Origin: Waterburya sp.
Lineage (GTDB): Bacteria; Cyanobacteriota; Cyanobacteriia; Cyanobacteriales; Xenococcaceae
Direction of reading: 5' to 3'
Length of the DNA stretch: 64,000 nt
NCBI GenBank assembly: GCA_965217895.1
Contig: CBDCJV010000002.1
Span: 4,800,001-4,864,000, forward strand
The position numbers and the translations under genes were made by a program. Position 1 is the stretch's first letter. Every line of letters starts with the position of its first letter. Below are positions 58,362 through 64,000 of the stretch, in pieces. The notes below the pieces were generated by a model. The model saw only the letters and a list, made by a program, of their open reading frames with translations, did not search any database and was not told the DNA's origin.

Positions 58362-58393
58362 CTGTCTCTCTTCTGTCTCTCTTCTGTCTCTCT
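58362..58393. repeat. 11-nt tandem repeat (CTGTCTCTCTT) x~3
   Basis: ctgtctctctt ctgtctctctt ctgtctctct. Confidence 0.8.
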
Positions 58394-58458
58394 AAGCAGA
58401 AAAACAAGAAAAATTATCCCAAATATAGATTAAATAAATTGATATTGGACGTAATTGG

Positions 58459-59151
58459 TTATTTAAGGCGGTGGCGATATAAATTACTCAGTTTATCGGC
58501 AGGGATGCCCAAATAATACCCTGCAATTACTAGTTGATTGATTAAAGTTGTTTGCCAAACTCCTAACTTTTGCCAACGCCTACCAGATGTAATTACTTGT
58601 GCAGGAGCGATCGCAATTTTTCCCTGACGTTTAAGTCGCTGTACTAGCTCAAAGTCTTCCATGATTGCTAAATCAGCAAATCCCCCCACCTCTTCAAACG
58701 TCTGTTTTTTCAGAAAAATTGCCTGATCTCCATAGGGTAAAGACAACAGACGCGATCGCATTTTGACCATGATTTCAATCCAGCGGAGGGATTTGTCTGT
58801 TCCTGCGATCGTCAATTCAAACGCTCCTGCAATCACTCCAGGTTGTTTTAGAGTGTGGACGGCAAAATAATTAAAATCTAAAGGTAGTTGAGTGTCTGCA
58901 TGGAGAAATAATACAATATCGCCTTGGGCAATAGCTGCGCCTGCATTCATTTGGGCTGCTCGTCCTTTACCTGCTACCGTAAGCACTTTAGCCCCTGTTT
59001 GCTGTGCTAGAGCTACAGTATTGTCCTGACTTCCCCCGTCAATTACAATGATCTCGACACCAGAATTTTCTTGAAGTCGCCCTACAGTTTGTTGAATAAT
59101 CCCTGCTTCGTTAAGAACTGGGATAATAATGCTAATAGTATATTGGGTCAT
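58459..59151 (-). CDS. GT2 glycosyltransferase, TIGR04283 family
   Basis: IIPVLNE, DGGSQD, GRAAQMNAGA, FLHAD, PYGDQ, TSGRRW. Confidence 0.88.
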   Translation of the reverse strand: MTQYTISIIIPVLNEAGIIQQTVGRLQENSGVEIIVIDGGSQDNTVALAQQTGAKVLTVAGKGRAAQMNAGAAIAQGDIVLFLHADTQLPLDFNYFAVHTLKQPGVIAGAFELTIAGTDKSLRWIEIMVKMRSRLLSLPYGDQAIFLKKQTFEEVGGFADLAIMEDFELVQRLKRQGKIAIAPAQVITSGRRWQKLGVWQTTLINQLVIAGYYLGIPADKLSNLYRHRLK

Positions 59152-59160
59152 ATTTTAAAG

Positions 59161-59982
59161 ATGAGGGGCAAATCAGCTTTTAACGATCGATTCTTTAAGT
59201 TGGATCTAATTAAGCATCAGCTAGTAAACAGCTTGTTAATTTTATTAGTTTTGCTAATGATGTTTAGTGCTGACTCTGTATTGGCAGCACCGATTGCAGA
59301 GCGTCTGCAACAATTCCCTCAGTGGCACGATAAACCACCAGTACAGCTTGCTAAAGGAGATTTAGAATACCCTGAGTGGATGGCTGGAACATGGAACGTA
59401 GAAAGCACATTAATCGAAAAAATAGCTCCTCTTGCCCCAGAGATTGTCACTCCTGGCTTTGAAGATAACAATAATTATCTCAATCAGGCGATCGCTTTTC
59501 AGGTTAGATTTGGTACAGAATACTATTCTCCCCCCACAGGGTTATTCTCGAAGTTTAATTCTTCTCCACCATTTGTAGTAGCAGATAGAGCATTTAACGG
59601 TAAAAAAATTGCCCAGGCATATTTAGGAGATGACAACGTTTATCAGGTAAAAATCGATCCTAATAATGCCAATCAGCAGATTACTTTTTTGCGGGGTGAA
59701 CGCAAGCTTATCTCTAAAATAACAGGACGAGCAAAAGAAATTCCTAGTCAGGAGCAATTTATTGCTACCGAAGTTACTCAGCAGCTATTTAGATCTCCTC
59801 AAAGACTCTATTTAAATGAAGTAGAAACCACTTCTAACTATCATTTATTAGACTCAGAAAACATTAGTGCCGAGCAAATTACGGCTATTTATCTTTCTCC
59901 TCAAGATCCTGATTATTTTAGAGCAGGCGATCGTCCTGTGGCACTATATCGCTATCACTTAAATTTATTTAAAGAGTCTTAA
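59161..59982 (+). CDS. Conserved exported protein (DUF6816-like)
   Basis: GDLEYPEWMAGTW, ADRAFN, YLSPQDPDYF; start uncertain. Confidence 0.65.
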   Translation: MRGKSAFNDRFFKLDLIKHQLVNSLLILLVLLMMFSADSVLAAPIAERLQQFPQWHDKPPVQLAKGDLEYPEWMAGTWNVESTLIEKIAPLAPEIVTPGFEDNNNYLNQAIAFQVRFGTEYYSPPTGLFSKFNSSPPFVVADRAFNGKKIAQAYLGDDNVYQVKIDPNNANQQITFLRGERKLISKITGRAKEIPSQEQFIATEVTQQLFRSPQRLYLNEVETTSNYHLLDSENISAEQITAIYLSPQDPDYFRAGDRPVALYRYHLNLFKES

Positions 59983-60010
59983 TAATTATCAATTATCAGT
60001 GACTTAATAT

Positions 60011-60652
60011 TCATCTTCCTAAATCATGCAGAGAATTGATTACAGTAGCGCATCGATCTGTCACGGCTTGCAAATCTTCTTTGTTCAAGGTTGCTGGCGG
60101 TGCGATCGCCTCACCAATACGTACAGTTATGGGTACAGATTTTGGGAAAGATGAACCTTTAGTTAATATTTTTTCTGTTCCCCAGAGGCTGACAGGTAGC
60201 AGAGGAACTTGAGCCTTACAGGCAATCCAGGCTGCTCCTCTTTTGGGGTCGGTAATTCTGGCATCAGCAGCGCGAGTTCCCTGCAAGAAAATCGCCGCTA
60301 TCCAGCCTGATTCCATAGCTTTTAGGGCTGCACGTAAAGCTGTGCGATCGCCTGAACTGCGTTTAACGGGATATGCACCATAAAGCTTAATTCCCTGCTT
60401 AAATACTGGAATTTTGAATAATTCTTCCTTTGCCATAAATGCCACGGGACGACCAACACAGTTAGAAATAATTGGCGGATCGAAATAGCTAGCGTGGTTG
60501 CTGACAAGAATTAAACCACCAGACTGAGGTACTTTTTCCGCCCCATAGATCTTAATTCGAAAATAAGTATGCAATAAAGGACTAACTACCGACCATTTCA
60601 ACAAATGATATAGTGCTAAACTCGCGAACGGCTCTCTATTTTTCCCTTCCAC
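60011..60652 (-). CDS. plsC: 1-acyl-sn-glycerol-3-phosphate acyltransferase
   Basis: NHASYFD (HX4D), FMAKEELF, FLQGTR. Confidence 0.9.
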   Translation of the reverse strand: MEGKNREPFASLALYHLLKWSVVSPLLHTYFRIKIYGAEKVPQSGGLILVSNHASYFDPPIISNCVGRPVAFMAKEELFKIPVFKQGIKLYGAYPVKRSSGDRTALRAALKAMESGWIAAIFLQGTRAADARITDPKRGAAWIACKAQVPLLPVSLWGTEKILTKGSSFPKSVPITVRIGEAIAPPATLNKEDLQAVTDRCATVINSLHDLGR

Positions 60653-60767
60653 AAACTTATCTCAATTAATAACTTGTTAACTTCTAACTATATCTTTTCT
60701 TGGGATGACAAAGACAGCAAACAACCATTTGTCTTTATGGTTTTTGGTTTGGGGACGACAACAAAGA

Positions 60768-60792
60768 GGGCAAATAGCCATTTGCCCCTACA
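60768..60792. repeat. REP-like palindrome with GTAG foot
   Basis: Reverse complement TGTAGGGGCAAATGGCTATTTGCCC; stem GGGCAAAT/ATTTGCCC. Confidence 0.65.
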
Positions 60793-60793
60793 G

Positions 60794-61645
60794 TTATTGT
60801 TTTTCTGCCTTTTCTTCTTTAACTATTTCAGCTTTTTTAATACCTTGAACTAACTGTTCCATTTCATCGCCAATTTGATCTTTATATTGCTCTGGTGCAG
60901 CAATGTAGGCTTTTTCGAGGATTGGTTTTGCTGCTATTAAATCGCCTTGTTTTCTTAAAACTAGAGCTTTTGCCAAAATTGGACGAAAATCGTCTTCGTT
61001 TGCTTTAGCTAGCTTATCGTAAAGAGCGATCGCCTCAGTGTATCTTTCTTGATTGGTATAAAGCTCTCCTAATAGTAATTCCACTGAATCTCGATCAATA
61101 GAGTCAGCCTTGGGGCTATCATTGCTTGCTACTCCGATAGTTTTCTTTAATAGAGCGATCGCTCTTTCGGGCAAGTCTTGAGCTAGATATAGATTAGTTA
61201 TTCCCCCCAAGGCATATACATCTCCTGGATGTTCGGCTAAAATTTGGCTGTATGCTGCTGCTGCTCCTTCATAGTCTTCAATTTGTTGCTTTGCTTGAGC
61301 TAAGAGGACTCCATATTGTGTTTGCTCTGAGTTAAGTTTCGCTAATTTTTCTAAAGGCGCGATCGCCCCTGGAATATCTTTTTGCTGTAGCTTAATTTTT
61401 AACAAGCCGCTTAAAGCAGTGTTGTTATCAGGTTCTCTTTCCAAGACTTTTTGATAGCCAGAAGCTTCGGCTTCTAGCTTGGCTAATTCTTGCTGAGAAA
61501 GTACAACCACCTCACTGTTAGGATTTCTATCAAACTTTGTACCTTCGACAACGCTTCCTACTAAAGGAAGAGCCGAAACAGTGATCAGGGAAAATAACAT
61601 TACCCCCAAAACTAGATAAATCCAACTACTACGCTTTTTTTTCAT
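60794..61645 (-). CDS. Membrane-anchored TPR protein
   Basis: N-terminal TM helix, TPR-like helices, DFRP.LAKA. Confidence 0.8.
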   Translation of the reverse strand: MKKKRSSWIYLVLGVMLFSLITVSALPLVGSVVEGTKFDRNPNSEVVVLSQQELAKLEAEASGYQKVLEREPDNNTALSGLLKIKLQQKDIPGAIAPLEKLAKLNSEQTQYGVLLAQAKQQIEDYEGAAAAYSQILAEHPGDVYALGGITNLYLAQDLPERAIALLKKTIGVASNDSPKADSIDRDSVELLLGELYTNQERYTEAIALYDKLAKANEDDFRPILAKALVLRKQGDLIAAKPILEKAYIAAPEQYKDQIGDEMEQLVQGIKKAEIVKEEKAEKQ

Positions 61646-61856
61646 GCTCTTATCACTAAATTAAGATCGGCAGATTATACTTGACTTGTTTGCTATAGTC
61701 ACCGTGTCGCTTCTAGTATGGTTTATCCTCAACCATAAAGCCAATAGTACAGGCTGTATTTAGCTGATAAAAACTGCGAGTTATTCTAGCTTCCATGAGA
61801 ATATAAAAGATGATCTCTCTTACTATTGAATAATATTTCTGCTATTTATTCTCTTA

Positions 61857-62663
61857 ATGAATTTGGCTAAAAATAATTCTCTTAAAAAATCAGATCCACT
61901 TTTTACTGCTGCCAATCAATCTGCCGAGTCAATCATGTCTAATCAATCTCAAGATTCTGCCTTACCTACTTCCTCCGCTCAATCTAGTCCCGAAAGACAT
62001 CAACCAATTCCACCTCCTTCCCATCCTCGACAGTATCGGGCTATTGGCTTGATTCAAGCTAAATATCAGCAAAGTGCAGAACAGATGACCCAAGGTACTT
62101 TGATCACTACAGACGGAGCAGAAATCGAGGCTGTTCTATTAGGTCGGCTGATCAGCCTGATTAAAAACCATCTAGATTTAGAACAAGAGCATTTGTGGGT
62201 GGTTTATCCACGAACCAAGACAAACGAAGATCGTCTCCACGTGCAAATTGTCGGCGTTTGGGAACCAGAAACCCTCAGCCAAGATGGAGATCAGGCAGAA
62301 ATAACTGGCGAAGAAGCCGAACATGGTTATTTTTCGATTAGGGGCGAGGTAATTTTTTACTCAACTGAAGAAAACCACGTAATTGTGAAGATTAAGCAGT
62401 TTCCTCGCAAGGAAGGAGAAAAGCCTAAGTTCTTTAAACTCAAATTACAGGGTATTCCAGGAGAAAAGCCCTTAAAGCGTTTTTGGGATTTAAAAGTTCG
62501 TTTGGAACAAGAAAATTTAATTATTGAATCGGGAACAGATTTAGGCTTTGCTCAAAAACGCAAACCAAAATTTAAAAAAGATTCCAAAAAGATTCAGCTT
62601 AAGTCTTCTAGAGTAAGTAAGCCCAGTCCTACTGCTCGACCAAAACCGAAGAAAAAGAATTGA
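61857..62663 (+). CDS. Hypothetical protein (probably conserved in cyanobacteria)
   Basis: PIPPPSHPRQYRAIGL, HLWVVYPRT, QIVGVWEPETL; start may be 61935. Confidence 0.75.
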   Translation: MNLAKNNSLKKSDPLFTAANQSAESIMSNQSQDSALPTSSAQSSPERHQPIPPPSHPRQYRAIGLIQAKYQQSAEQMTQGTLITTDGAEIEAVLLGRLISLIKNHLDLEQEHLWVVYPRTKTNEDRLHVQIVGVWEPETLSQDGDQAEITGEEAEHGYFSIRGEVIFYSTEENHVIVKIKQFPRKEGEKPKFFKLKLQGIPGEKPLKRFWDLKVRLEQENLIIESGTDLGFAQKRKPKFKKDSKKIQLKSSRVSKPSPTARPKPKKKN

Positions 62664-62685
62664 TATACGGAAGTAAGGATTTGTA

Positions 62686-62973
62686 TTAGGCTTTTTTAAT
62701 ACGTGGTCGTTGGGATGCACGAGTTTTTTGCTTCCCAAAGGCTGCTGCAACCGTTAGCAACAACGATTGAAAATCACTTTGACGTTCATGCTGAACTGAT
62801 ATCGCTACCTGTCTCCAAACATGGAGGCGGGGAAAGTTAAAAGTCTCTGAGATAGAGCTTGCTGTGATACAGAAGTTGCTTTTGCACACAAGTAGGTTTT
62901 CCCTGGCTAACATTCGATTGAGTTCTCGGTACGAAGGCACTTGTCGCCAGACTAGTAGGTAATAGTGTTCCAT
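62686..62973 (-). CDS. Hypothetical protein
   Basis: 95-aa ORF with ATG; no recognised motif. Confidence 0.35.
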   Translation of the reverse strand: MEHYYLLVWRQVPSYRELNRMLARENLLVCKSNFCITASSISETFNFPRLHVWRQVAISVQHERQSDFQSLLLTVAAAFGKQKTRASQRPRIKKA

Positions 62974-63000
62974 TCTCGAATCTTAGTTTTTTAGTAAGTT

Positions 63001-63486
63001 CTAATTGCTAAAAATTTCCTGGTCAACTGTATTTACCGAGGCAACTACTTTAGCTGTTGTAATTTGGCTTAACTTAGTTATAAATTCTTCCCCCACATCT
63101 CCTGAGGCTAAATTGCAGCCATACAGCGAAAGCTTCGGCAAAATGTCTAAGTTAGGAAGCTTATGATCGATGAACCAGCTTTGAAGCTCTAAACTATATT
63201 GAATTAGGGTGTTTATGCTTAATTCACTATTTCCCAAATATATGCATCCTGGGTAGCCTTGAGCAACAATATAAACTTCTTGACAATTACTATTTACTAG
63301 TATTTGAGTTATTGCTTTGATTCCATCGGTTTGGGAGCCAATTATAATGGCTCTGGCTTCTGGTGTAACCTTTTGCACCAAAGTATCATAGTTGGGAACT
63401 GCCGAATCGATAAAAACTATAGCTCTACTGTCTTTGTTTTTGAATCGTATTCTGCTGTTTTGAAACAGATGAGCTAAAAAAGACAT
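63001..63486 (-). CDS. Stand-alone DUF4347-domain protein
   Basis: IVFIDSAV.NY, DGI..IT, G.PG.IYLG, LYGCNLA.G..G. Confidence 0.75.
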   Translation of the reverse strand: MSFLAHLFQNSRIRFKNKDSRAIVFIDSAVPNYDTLVQKVTPEARAIIIGSQTDGIKAITQILVNSNCQEVYIVAQGYPGCIYLGNSELSINTLIQYSLELQSWFIDHKLPNLDILPKLSLYGCNLASGDVGEEFITKLSQITTAKVVASVNTVDQEIFSN

Positions 63487-63712
63487 AATAACTTGCTTGA
63501 ATTAAATTTATGAAGCATAAAATTGTTCGCAATCCACGAATGATTGATAACAATCTCTTCAGATTAATTTCTCGAACAATTAGCAGCTTAGTAAAAAGAT
63601 TACACTTTTTTGAATTGTAGAAGCTCAGACAAGACTCTTCTTGATTAAAACTTTAATAAGATTTGGCTATTTGTGAAGTGAAGATAAAGAAAAAATATTC
63701 TAGTTATTGAAT

Positions 63713-63764
63713 TAATAAAAAAGCGATCGCCTGTTACTTCCTTAAGGCGATCGCTTTTTTATTA
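63713..63764. terminator. Terminator hairpin whose stem contains two HIP1 sites
   Basis: Perfect 20-bp IR TAATAAAAAAGCGATCGCCT / AGGCGATCGCTTTTTTATTA. Confidence 0.8.
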
Positions 63765-63801
63765 TTAGTTACTGACAGATTAATTTGTTTCTTAGGATTT
63801 A

Positions 63802-63999
63802 TCAAGCAACCTTTGAGTCATTTAAAAGAGCCTGAACTTCTTCTGTTTTTAGGCGTGCGCCCAAACTAGTAACTATCTTTGAAGAAGCCAGAGAAGCTAA
63901 ACGTCCTGCTTCTGTATAGCTCATGCCGTTAGTAATACCATACAGAAACGCTCCTGCATACATATCTCCTGCGCCAACAGTATCGATCGCCTTGACAGG
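63802..63999 (-). CDS. PfkB-family carbohydrate/adenosine kinase, C-terminal part (5' end outside window)
   Basis: [21 protein letters not shown]. Confidence 0.88.
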   Translation of the reverse strand, partial: PVKAIDTVGAGDMYAGAFLYGITNGMSYTEAGRLASLASSKIVTSLGARLKTEEVQALLNDSKVA

Positions 64000-64000
64000 G

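Noticed and set aside
58459..59151. Arsenosugar biosynthesis cluster
   Set aside because: Only the TIGR04283-type glycosyltransferase is present; no arsM/arsS or partner genes are adjacent.

Overview
Cyanobacterial chromosome segment: frequent HIP1 octamer GCGATCGC, genes such as minCDE, ftn2/ARC6, glgC and PAM68, and AT-rich spacers. A Pleurocapsales-like origin is a guess. Mostly housekeeping genes, with several accessory inserts: a frameshifted IS5/IS903-group element (9-bp TSD) beside a Tat-exported class A beta-lactamase; an RcaE/RcaF/RcaC-like phosphorelay whose GAF lacks the bilin-binding Cys; a YefM-YoeB module; a GmrSD (DUF262-DUF1524) nuclease with an unrecognised ~190-aa C-terminal extension, divergent from a nucleoside-phosphorylase-like (DUF6909-type) gene; and an ECF41 operon with a perfect TGTCACA-N16-CGTC promoter next to a dead IS630. 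The most striking signal is a set of very small GC-rich hairpin elements (21-56 nt) that conserve structure rather than sequence. They show compensatory base changes, sit in heptamer repeat tracts, nest inside one another (16451-16867) and occur in frame inside a histidine-kinase gene. All calls come from reading motifs by eye; no database search was run.
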